Translations under genes and position numbers: made by a program | Assembly (NCBI RefSeq): GCF_009914755.1 | Contig: NC_060944.1 | Source of the DNA: the human T2T-CHM13v2.0 reference genome, Homo sapiens | DNA: 64,000 nucleotides | Strand: one strand, 5' to 3' | Notes under the pieces: model-generated | Database searches by the model: none | What the model was told of the DNA's origin: nothing | What the model saw: only the letters and a program-made list of their open reading frames with translations | Shown here: piece after piece, positions 24,001-36,088 of the stretch | Position numbering within the stretch: position 1 is the first letter of the stretch | How the letters are laid out: the number at the start of each line of letters is the position of its first letter

Positions 24001-25888
24001 AAAAAGCAGACAGCAGCATTCTCAGAAACTTCTTTGTGATGTTTGCATTGAAGTCACAGAGTTGAACATTCCCTTTGAGAGAGCAGGTTTGAAACACGCC
24101 TTTTGTCATATCTGGAAGTGTCCATTCGGAGCGCATTCAGGCTTGTGTTGAAAAAGGAAATATCCTCCCAGAAAAACTAGACAGAAGCATTCTCAGAAAC
24201 TTATCTGTGATGTATGTACTCAACTAACAGAACTAAACCATCGTTTTGAAGGAGCAGTTTTGAAACACTCATTTTGCGGAATCTGCAAGTGGATATTTGG
24301 CTAGCTGGGAGGATTTCGTTGGAAACGGGATTACATACAAAAAGCAGACAGCAGCATTCTCAGAAACTTCTTTGTGATGTTTGCATTCAAGTCACAGAGT
24401 TGAACATTCCCTTTCATAGAGCAGGTTTGAAACACTCTTTTTGTAGTATCTGGATGTGGACATTTGGATCGCTTTCAGGCCTATGGTGAAAAAGGAAATA
24501 TCTTCCCATGAAAACTAGACAGAAGCATTCTCAGAAACTTATTTGTGATGTGTGCCCTCAACTGACAGTGTTGAACCTTTGTTTTGATAGAGCAGTTCTG
24601 AAACACACTTTTTGTAAAATCTGCAAGAGGATATTTGGATAGCTTTGAGGATTTCGTTCGAAACGGGAATGTCTTCATGTAAACTCTAGACAGAAGCATT
24701 CTCAGAAACTGCTTTGGGATGTTTCAATTGAAGTCCCAGTGTTGAACATTCCCTTTCATAGAGCAGGTTTGAAACACTCTTTTTGTACTATCTGGAAGTG
24801 GACATTTGGAGCGCTTTCAGGTCTACGGTGAAAAAGGAGATATCTTCCAATAAAAACTAGATAGAAGCAATGTCAGAACTTTTTTCATGATGTATCTACT
24901 CAGCAAACAGAGTTGAACCTTTCTTTTGAGAGAGCAGTTTTGAAACACTCTTTTTGTGGAATATGCAAGTGGGTATTAGGCCAGCTTGGAGGATTTCGTT
25001 GGAAACGGGAATACGTATAAAAAGCAGACAGCAGCATTGTCAGAAACTACTTTGTGATGTTTGCATTCAAGTCACAGAATTGAACACTCCCTTTCACAGA
25101 GCAGGTTTGAAACACTCTTTTTGTAGTGTCTGTAAGTGAACATTTGGATTGCTTTCAGGCCTAAGGTGAAAAAGGAAATATCTTCCCATAAAAACTAGAC
25201 AGAAGCATTCTCAGAAACTTGTTTGTGATGTGTGCCCTCTACTGACAGAGTTGAACCTTTCTTTGCAAAGAGCAGTTTTGAAACACCCTTTTTGTAGAAT
25301 CTGCAAGAGGATATTTGGATAGCTTTGAGGATTTCTTGGGAAACGGGAATGTCTTCAGATAAACTCTAGACAGAAGCATTCTCAGAAACTTCTTTGGGAT
25401 GTTTCAATTGAAGTCACAGTGTTGAACATTCCCTTTCACAGAGCAGGTTTGAAACACTCTTTTTGTAGTGTCTATAAGTGAACATTTGGCGTGCTTTCAG
25501 GCCTAACGTGAAAAAGGAAATATCTTCCCATAAAAACTAGACAGAAGCATTCTCAGAAACTTGTTCTTGATGTGTCCCCTCTACTGACAGAGTTGAACCT
25601 TTCTTTGCAAAGAGCAGCTTTGAAACACTCTTTTTGTAGAATCTGCAAGAGGATATTTGGATAGCTTGGAGGATTTCGTTGGAAACGGGTATGTCTTCAG
25701 ATAAACTCTAGACAGAAGCATTCTCAGAAACTTCTTTGGGATGTTGCATTCAAGTCACAGAGTAGAACATTCCCATTCATAGAGCAGATTTGAAACACTC
25801 TTTTTGTAGTATCTGGAAGTGGACATTTGGAGCGCTTTCAGGCCTATGTTGAAAAAGGAAATATCTTCCCATAAAAACTAGACGGAAG

Positions 25889-28608
25889 CATTCTCAGAAA
25901 CTTATTTGTGATGTGTTTGCTCAACTAACAGGATTGAACCATCGTTTTGAAGGAGCAGTTTTGAAACACTGTTTTCGTGGAATCTGCAAGTGGATATTTG
26001 GCTAGCTTTGAGGATTTCGTTGGAAACGGGATTACATATAAAAAGGAGACAGCAGCATTCTCAGAAACTTCTTTGTGATGTCTGCATTCAATTCACAGAG
26101 TTGAGCATTCCCTTTCATAGAGCAGGTTGGAAACACTCTTTTTGTAGTATCTGGATGAGGACATTTGGAGCGCTTTCAGGCGTATGGTGAAAAAGGAAAT
26201 ATCTTCCCGTAAAAACTAGACAGAAGCCTTCTCAGAAGTTTATTTGTGATGTGTGCCCTCAACTAACAGAGTTGAACCTTTCTTTTGATAGAGCAGTTTT
26301 GAAACACTCTTTTTGTAAAATCTGCAAGAGGATATTTGGATAGCTTTGAGGATTTCGTTGCAAACGGGAATGGCTTCATATAAACTCTAGACAGAAGCAT
26401 TCTCAGAAACTTCGTTGGGATGTTTCGATTGAAGTCCCAGTGTTGAACACTCCTTTTTATAGAGCAGGTTGGAAACACTCTTTCTGCATTCCCTGGAAGT
26501 GGACATTTGGAGCGCTTTCAGGACGACGGTGAAAATGGAAATATCTTCCAAGAAAATCTAGATAGAAGCAATGTCAGAAACTTTTATGTGATGGATCTAC
26601 TCAGCTAACAGAGTTGAACCTTTCTTTTGAGAGAGCAGTTTTGCAACACTCTTTTTGTGGAATATGCAAGTGGATATTAGGGCAGCTTTGAGGATTTCGT
26701 TGGAAACGGGAATACATGTAAAAAGCAGACAGCAGCATTCTCAGAAACTTCTTTGTGATGTTTGCATTGAAGTCACAGAGTTGAACATTCCCTTTGAGAG
26801 AGCAGGTTTGAAACACGCCTTTTGTCATATCTGGAAGTGTCCATTCGGAGCGCATTCAGGCTTGTGTTGAAAAAGGAAATATCCTCCCATAAAAACTAGA
26901 CAGAAGCATTCTCAGAAACTTATCTGTGATGTATGTACTCAACTAACAGAACTAAACCATCGTTTTGAAGGAGCAGTTTTGAAACACTCTTTTTGCGGAA
27001 TCTGCAAGTGGATATTTGGCTAGCTGGGAGGATTTCGTTGGAAACGGGATTACATACAAAAAGCAGACAGCAGCATTCTCAGAAACTTCTTTGTGATGTT
27101 TGCATTCAAGTCACAGAGTTGAACATTCCCTTTCATAGAGCAGGTTTGAAACACTCTTTTTGTAGTATCTGGATGTGGACATTTGGATCGCTTTCAGGCC
27201 TATGGTGAAAAAGGAAATATCTTCCCATGAAAACTAGACAGAAGCATTCTCAGAAACTTATTTGTGATGTGTGCCCTCAACTGACAGTGTTGAACCTTTG
27301 TTTTGATAGAGCAGTTCTGAAACACACTTTTTGTAAAATCTGCAAGAGGATATTTGGATAGCTTTGAGGATTTCGTTGGAAACGGGAATGTCTTCATGTA
27401 AACTCTAGACAGAAGCATTCTCAGAAACTGCTTTGGGATGTTTCAATTGAAGTCCCAGTGTTGAACATTCCCTTTCATAGAGCAGGTTTGAAACACTCTT
27501 TTTGTACTATCTGGAAGTGGACATTTGGAGCGCTTTCAGGTCTACGGTGAAAAAGGAGATATCTTCCAATAAAAACTAGATAGAAGCAATGTCAGAACTT
27601 TTTTCATGATGTATCTACTCAGCAAACAGAGTTGAACCTTTCTTTTGAGAGAGCAGTTTTGAAACACTCTTTTTGTGGAATATGCAAGTGGGTATTAGGC
27701 CAGCTTGGAGGATTTCGTTGGAAACGGGAATACGTATAAAAAGCAGACAGCAGCATTGTCAGAAACTACTTTGTGATGTTTGCATTCAAGTCACAGAATT
27801 GAACACTCCCTTTCACAGAGCAGGTTTGAAACACTCTTTTTGTAGTGTCTGTAAGTGAACATTTGGATTGCTTTCAGGCCTAAGGTGAAAAAGGAAATAT
27901 CTTCCCATAAAAACTAGACAGAAGCATTCTCAGAAACTTGTTTGTGATGTGTGCCCTCTACTGACAGAGTTGAACCTTTCTTTGCAAAGAGCAGTTTTGA
28001 AACACTCTTTTTGTAGAATCTGCAAGAGGATATTTGGATAGCTTTGAGGATTTCTTGGGAAACGGGAATGTCTTCAGATAAACTCTAGACAGAAGCATTC
28101 TCAGAAACTTCTTTGGGATGTTTCAATTGAAGTCACAGTGTTGAACATTCCCTTTCACAGAGCAGGTTTGAAACACTCTTTTTGTAGTGTCTATAAGTGA
28201 ACATTTGGCGTGCTTTCAGGCCTAACGTGAAAAAGGAAACATCTTCCCATAAAAACTAGACAGAAGCATTCTCAGAAACTTGTTCGTGATGTGTGCCCTC
28301 TAACTGACAGAGTTGAACCTTTCTTTGCAAAGAGCAGCTTTGAAACACTCTTTTTGTAGAATCTGCAAGAGGATATTTGGATAGCTTGGAGGATTTCGTT
28401 GGAAACGGGTATGTCTTCAGATAAACTCTAGACAGAAGCATTCTCAGAAACTTCTTTGGGATGTTGCATTCAAGACACAGAGTAGAACATTCCCATTCAT
28501 AGAGCAGATTTGAAACACTCTTTTTGTAGTATCTGGAAGTGGACATTTGGAGCGCTTTCAGGCCTATGTTGAAAAAGGAAATATGTTCCCATAAAAACTA
28601 GACGGAAG
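25889..28608 (+). repeat. 2,720-bp HOR (HOR11) with 1-bp insertion in m15
   Basis: CCCTCTAACTGAC at ~28302. ORF spacing 25990 to 28710 is 2,720. Confidence 0.9.
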
Positions 28609-31600
28609 CATTCTCAGAAACTTACTTGTGATGTGTTTGCTCAACTAGCAGAATTGAACCATCGTTTTGAAGGAGCAGTTTTGAAACACTGTTTTCGTGG
28701 AATCTGCAAGTGGATATTTGGCTAGCTTTGAGGATTTCGTTGGAAACGGGATTACATATAAAAAGGAGACAGCAGCATTCTCAGAAACTTCTTTGTGATG
28801 TCTGCATTCAATTCACAGAGTTGAGCATTCCCTTTCATAGAGCAGGTTGGAAACACTCTTTTTGTAGTATCTGGATGAGGACATTTGGAGCGCTTTCAGG
28901 CGTATGGTGAAAAAGGAAATATCTTCCCGTAAAAACTAGACAGAAGCATTCTCAGAAGTTTATTTGTGATGTGTGCCCTCAACTAACAGAGTTGAACCTT
29001 TCTTTTGATAGAGCAGTTTTGAAACACTCTTTTTGTAAAATCTGCAAGAGGATATTTGGATAGCTTTGAGGATTTCGTTGCAAACGGGAATGGCTTCATA
29101 TAAACTCTAGACAGAAGCATTCTCAGAAACTTCGTTGGGATGTTTCGATTGAAGTCCCAGTGTTGAACATTCCCTTTTATAGAGCAGGTTGGAAACACTC
29201 TTTCTGCATTCCCTGGAAGTGGACATTTGGAGCGCTTTCAGGACGACGGTGAAAATGGAAATATCTTCCAAGAAAATCTAGATAGAAGCAATGTCAGAAA
29301 CTTTTATGTGATGGATCTACTCAGCTAACAGAGTTGAACCTTTCTTTTGAGAGAGCAGTTTTGCAACACTCTTTTTGTGGAATATGCAAGTGGATATTAG
29401 GGCAGCTTTGAGGATTTCGTTGGAAACGGGAATACATGTAAAAAGCAGACAGCAGCATTCTCAGAAACTTCTTTGTGATGTTTGCATTGAAGTCACAGAG
29501 TTGAACATTCCCTTTGAGAGAGCAGGTTTGAAACACGCCTTTTGTCATATCTGGAAGTGTCCATTCGGAGCGCATTCAGGCTTGTGTTGAAAAAGGAAAT
29601 ATCCTCCCATAAAAACTAGACAGAAGCATTCTCAGAAACTTATCTGTGATGTATGTACTCAACTAACAGAACTAAACCATCGTTTTGAAGGAGCAGTTTT
29701 GAAACACTCTTTTTGCGGAATCTGCAAGTGGATATTTGGCTAGCTGGGAGGATTTCGTTGGAAACGGGATTACATACAAAAAGCAGAGAGCAGCATTCTC
29801 AGAAACTTCTTTGTGATGTTTGCATTCAAGTCACAGAGTTGAACATTCCCTTTCATAGAGCAGGTTTGAAACACTCTTTTTGTAGTATCTGGATGTGGAC
29901 ATTTGGATCGCTTTCAGGCCTATGGTGAAAAAGGAAATATCTTCCCATGAAAACTAGACAGAAGCATTCTCAGAAACTTATTTGTGATGTGTGCCCTCAA
30001 CTGACAGTGTTGAACCTTTGTTTTGATAGAGCAGTTCTGAAACACACTTTTTGTAAAATCTGCAAGAGGATATTTGGATAGCTTTGAGGATTTCGTTGGA
30101 AACGGGAATGTCTTCATGTAAACTCTGGACAGAAGCATTCTCAGAAACTGCTTTGGGATGTTTCAATTGAAGTCCCAGTGTTGAACATTCCCTTTCATAG
30201 AGCAGGTTTGAAACACTCTTTTTGTACTATCTGGAAGTGGACATTTGGAGCGCTTTCAGGTCTACGGTGAAAAAGGAGATATCTTCCAATAAAAACTAGA
30301 TAGAAGCAATGTCAGAACTTTTTTCATGATGTATCTACTCAGCAAACAGAGTTGAACCTTTCTTTTGAGAGAGCAGTTTTGAAACACTCTTTTTGTGGAA
30401 TATGCAAGTGGGTATTAGGCCAGCTTGGAGGATTTCGTTGGAAACGGGAATACGTATAAAAAGCAGACAGCAGCATTGTCAGAAACTACTTTGTGATGTT
30501 TGCATTCAAGTCACAGAATTGAACACTCCCTTTCACAGAGCAGGTTTGAAACACTCTTTTTGTAGTGTCTGTAAGTGAACATTTGGATTGCTTTCAGGTC
30601 TAAGGTGAAAAAGGAAATATCTTCCCATAAAAACTAGACAGAAGCATTCTCAGAAACTTGTTTGTGATGTGTGCCCTCTACTGACAGAGTTGAACCTTTC
30701 TTTGCAAAGAGCAGTTTTGAAACACTCTTTTTGTAGAATCTGCAAGAGGATATTTGGATAGCTTTGAGGATTTCTTGGGAAACGGGAATGTCTTCAGATA
30801 AACTCTAGACAGAAGCATTCTCAGAAAGTTCTTTGGGATGTTTCAATTGAAGTCACAGTGTTGAACATTCCCTTTCACAGAGCAGGTTTGAAACACTCTT
30901 TTTGTAGTGTCTATAAGTGAACATTTGGCGTGCTTTCAGGCCTAACGTGAAAAAGGAAATATCTTCCCATAAAAACTAGACAGAAGCATTCTCAGAAACT
31001 TGTTCGTGATGTGTCCCCTCTACTGACAGAGTTGAACCTTTCTTTGCAAAGAGCAGCTTTGAAACACTCTTTTTGTAGAATCTGCAAGAGGATATTTGGA
31101 CAGCTTGGAGGATTTCGTTGGAAACGGGTATGTCTTCAGATAAACTCTAGACAGAAGCATTCTCAGAAACTTCTTTGGGATGTTGCATTCAAGTCACAGA
31201 GTAGAACATTCCCATTCATAGAGCAGATTTGAAACACTCTTTTTGTAGTATCTGGAAGTGGACATTTGGAGCGCTTTCAGGCCTATGTTGAAAAAGGAAA
31301 TATCTTCCCATAAAAACTAGACGGAAGCATTCTCAGAAACTTATTTGTGATGTGTTTGCTCAACTAACAGGATTGAACCATCGTTTTGAAGGAGCAGTTT
31401 TGAAACACTGTTTTCGTGGAATCTGCAAGTGGATATTTGGCTAGCTTTGAGGATTTCGTTGGAAACGGGATTACATATAAAAAGGAGACAGCAGCATTCT
31501 CAGAAACTTCTTTGTGATGTCTGCATTCAATTCACAGAGTTGAGCATTCCCTTTCATAGAGCAGGTTGGAAACACTCTTTTTGTAGTATCTGGATGAGGA

Positions 31601-34046
31601 CATTTGGAGCGCTTTCAGGCGTATGGTGAAAAAGGAAATATCTTCCCGTAAAAACTAGACAGAAGCCTTCTCAGAAGTTTATTTGTGATGTGTGCCCTCA
31701 ACTAACAGAGTTGAACCTTTCTTTTGATAGAGCAGTTTTGAAACACTCTTTTTGTAAAATCTGCAAGAGGATATTTGGATAGCTTTGAGGATTTCGTTGC
31801 AAACGGGAATGGCTTCATATAAACTCTAGACAGAAGCATTCTCAGAAACTTCGTTGGGATGTTTCGATTGAAGTCCCAGTGTTGAACATTCCCTTTTATA
31901 GAGCAGGTTGGAAACACTCTTTCTGCATTCCCTGGAAGTGGACATTTGGAGCGCTTTCAGGACGACGGTGAAAATGGAAATATCTTCCAAGAAAATCTAG
32001 ATAGAAGCAATGTCAGAAACTTTTATGTGATGGATCTACTCAGCTAACAGAGTTGAACCTTTCTTTTGAGAGAGCAGTTTTGCAACACTCTTTTTGTGGA
32101 ATATGCAAGTGGATATTAGGGCAGCTTTGAGGATTTCGTTGGAAACGGGAATACATGTAAAAAGCAGACAGCAGCATTCTCAGAAACTTCTTTGTGATGT
32201 TTGCATTGAAGTCACAGAGTTGAACATTCCCTTTGAGAGAGCAGGTTTGAAACACGCCTTTTGTCATATCTGGAAGTGTCCATTCGGAGCGCATTCAGGC
32301 TTGTGTTGAAAAAGGAAATATCCTCCCAGAAAAACTAGACAGAAGCATTCTCAGAAACTTATCTGTGATGTATGTACTCAACTAACAGAACTAAACCATC
32401 GTTTTGAAGGAGCAGTTTTGAAACACTCTTTTTGCGGAATCTGCAAGTGGATATTTGGCTAGCTGGGAGGATTTCGTTGGAAACGGGATTACATACAAAA
32501 AGCAGACAGCAGCATTCTCAGAAACTTCTTTGTGATGTTTGCATTCAAGTCACAGAGTTGAACATTCCCTTTCATAGAGCAGGTTTGAAACACTCTTTTT
32601 GTAGTATCTGGATGTGGACATTTGGATCGCTTTCAGGCCTATGGTGAAAAAGGAAATATCTTCCCATGAAGACTAGACAGAAGCATTCTCAGAAACTTAT
32701 TTGTGATGTGTGCCCTCAACTGACAGTGTTGAACCTTTGTTTTGATAGAGCAGTTCTGAAACACACTTTTTGTAAAATCTGCAAGAGGATATTTGGATAG
32801 CTTTGAGGATTTCGTTGGAAACGGGAATGTCTTCATGTAAACTCTAGACAGAAGCATTCTCAGAAACTGCTTTGGGATGTTTCAATTGAAGTCCCAGTGT
32901 TGAACATTCCCTTTCATAGAGCAGGTTTGAAACACTCTTTTTGTACTATCTGGAAGTGGACATTTGGAGCGCTTTCAGGTCTACGGTGAAAAAGGAGATA
33001 TCTTCCAATAAAAACTAGATAGAAGCAATGTCAGAACTTTTTTCATGATGTATCTACTCAGCAAACAGAGTTGAACCTTTCTTTTGAGAGAGCAGTTTTG
33101 AAACACTCTTTTTGTGGAATATGCAAGTGGGTATTAGGCCAGCTTGGAGGATTTCGTTGGAAACGGGAATACGTATAAAAAGCAGACAGCAGCATTGTCA
33201 GAAACTACATTGTGATGTTTGCATTCAAGTCACAGAATTGAACACTCCCTTTCACAGAGCAGGTTTGAAACACTCTTTTTGTAGTGTCTGTAAGTGAACA
33301 TTTGGATTGCTTTCAGGCCTAAGGTGAAAAAGGAAATATCTTCCCATAAAAACTAGACAGAAGCATTCTCAGAAACTTGTTTGTGATGTGTGCCCTCTAC
33401 TGACAGAGTTGAACCTTTCTTTGCAAAGAGCAGTTTTGAAACCCCCTTTTTGTAGAATCTGCAAGAGGATATTTGGATAGCTTTGAGGATTTCTTGGGAA
33501 ACGGGAATGTCTTCAGATAAACTCTAGACAGAAGCATTCTCAGAAACTTCTTTGGGATGTTTCAATTGAAGTCACAGTGTTGAACATTCCCTTTCACAGA
33601 GCAGGTTTGAAACACTCTTTTTGTAGTGTCTATAAGTGAACATTTGGCGTGCTTTCAGGCCTAACGTGAAAAAGGAAATATCTTCCCATAAAAACTAGAC
33701 AGAAGCATTCTCAGAAACTTGTTCTTGATGTGTCCACTCTACTGACAGAGTTGAACCTTTCTTTGCAAAGAGCAGCTTTGAAACACACTTTTTGTAGAAT
33801 CTGCAAGAGGATATTTGGATAGCTTGGAGGATTTCGTTGGAAACGGGTATGTCTTCAGATAAACTCTAGACAGAAGCATTCTCAGAAACTTCTTTGGGAT
33901 GTTGCATTCAAGTCACAGAGTAGAACATTCCCATTCATAGAGCAGATTTGAAACACTCTTTTTGTAGTATCTGGAAGTGGACATTTGGAGCGCTTTCAGG
34001 CCTATGTTGAAAAAGGAAATATCTTCCCATAAAAACTAGACGGAAG

Positions 34047-36088
34047 CATTCTCAGAAACTTATTTGTGATGTGTTTGCTCAACTAACAGGATTGAACCAT
34101 CGTTTTGAAGGAGCAGTTTTGAAACACTGTTTTCGTGGAATCTGCAAGTGGATATTTGGCTAGCTTTGAGGATTTCGTTGGAAACGGGATTACATATAAA
34201 AAGGAGACAGCAGCATTCTCAGAAACTTCTTTGTGATGTCTGCATTCAATTCACAGAGTTGAGCATTCCCTTTCATAGAGCAGGTTGGAAACACTCTTTT
34301 TGTAGTATCTGGATGAGGACATTTGGAGCGCTTTCAGGCGTATGGTGAAAAAGGAAATATCTTCCCGTAAAAACTAGACAGAAGCATTCTCAGAAGTTTA
34401 TTTGTGATGTGTGCCCTCAACTAACAGAGTTGAACCTTTCTTTTGATAGAGCAGTTTTGAAACACTCTTTTTGTAAAATCTGCAAGAGGATATTTGGATA
34501 GCTTTGAGGATTTCGTTGCAAACGGGAATGGCTTCATATAAACTCTAGACAGAAGCATTCTCAGAAACTTCGTTGGGATGTTTCGATTGAAGTCCCAGTG
34601 TTGAACATTCCCTTTTATAGAGCAGGTTGGAAACACTCTTTCTGCATTCCCTGGAAGTGGACATTTGGAGCGCTTTCAGGACGACGGTGAAAATGGAAAT
34701 ATCTTCCAAGAAAATCTAGATAGAAGCAATGTCAGAAACTTTTATGTGATGGATCTACTCAGCTAACAGAGTTGAACCTTTCTTTTGAGAGAGCAGTTTT
34801 GCAACACTCTTTTTGTGGAATATGCAAGTGGATATTAGGGCAGCTTTGAGGATTTCGTTGGAAACGGGAATACGTATAAAAAGCAGACAGCAGCATTGTC
34901 AGAAACTACTTTGTGATGTTTGCATTCAAGTCACAGAATTGAACACTCCCTTTCACAGAGCAGGTTTGAAACACTCTTTTTGTAGTGTCTGTAAGTGAAC
35001 ATTTGGATTGCTTTCAGGCCTAAGGTGAAAAAGGAAATATCTTCCCATAAAAACTAGACAGAAGCATTCTCAGAAACTTGTTTGTGATGTGTGCCCTCTA
35101 CTGACAGAGTTGAAGCTTTCTTTGCAAAGAGCAGTTTTGAAACACTCTTTTTGTAGAATCTGCAAGAGGATATTTGGATAGCTTTGAGGATTTCTTGGGA
35201 AACGGGAATGTCTTCAGATAAACTCTAGACAGAAGCATTCTCAGAAACTTCTTTGGGATGTTTCAATTGAAGTCACAGTGTTGAACATTCCCTTTCACAG
35301 AGCAGGTTTGAAACACGCTTTTTGTAGTGTCTATAAGTGAACATTTGGCGTGCTTTCAGGCCTAACGTGAAAAAGGAAATATCTTCCCATAAAAACTAGA
35401 CAGAAGCATTCTCAGAAACTTGTTCGTGATGTGTGCCCTCTACTGACAGAGTTGAACCTTTCTTTGCAAAGAGCAGCTTTGAAACACACTTTTTGTAGAA
35501 TCTGCAAGAGGATATTTGGATAGCTTGGAGGATTTCGTTGGAAACGGGTATGTCTTCAGATAAACTCTAGACAGAAGCATTCTCAGAAACTTCTTTGGGA
35601 TGTTGCATTCAAGTCACAGAGTAGAACATTCCCATTCATAGAGCAGATTTGAAACACTCTTTTTGTAGTATCTGGAAGTGGACATTTGGAGCGCTTTCAG
35701 GCCTATGTTGAAAAAGGAAATATCTTCCCATAAAAACTAGACGGAAGCATTCTCAGAAACTTGTTCTTGATGTGTCCCCTCTACTGACAGAGTTGAACCT
35801 TTCTTTGCAAAGAGCAGCTTTGAAACACTCTTTTTGTAGAATCTGCAAGAGGATATTTGGATAGCTTGGAGGATTTCGTTGGAAACGGGTGTGTCTTCAG
35901 ATAAACTCTAGACAGAAGCATTCTCAGAAACTTCTTTGGGATGTTGCATTCAAGTCACAGAGTAGAACATTCCCATTCATAGAGCAGATTTGAAACACTC
36001 TTTTTGTAGTATCTGGAAGTGGACATTTGGAGCGCTTTCAGGCCTATGTTGAAAAAGGAAATATCTTCCCATAAAAACTAGACGGAAG
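34047..36088 (+). repeat. 12-monomer HOR structural variant (m1-m4, m5/m11 hybrid, m12-m16, m15-m16), 2,042 bp
   Basis: ORF spacing 34148 to 36190 is 2,042 = 2,719 - 1,018 + 341. Hybrid monomer at 34727; extra m15-m16 dimer at 35748-36088. Confidence 0.95.

Noticed and set aside
28256-28546. Longest ORF (96 aa, minus strand), unique in the window
   Set aside because: It arises from the +1 insertion at ~28302 and the T>A change at 28475 joining satellite frames. There is no coding evidence.
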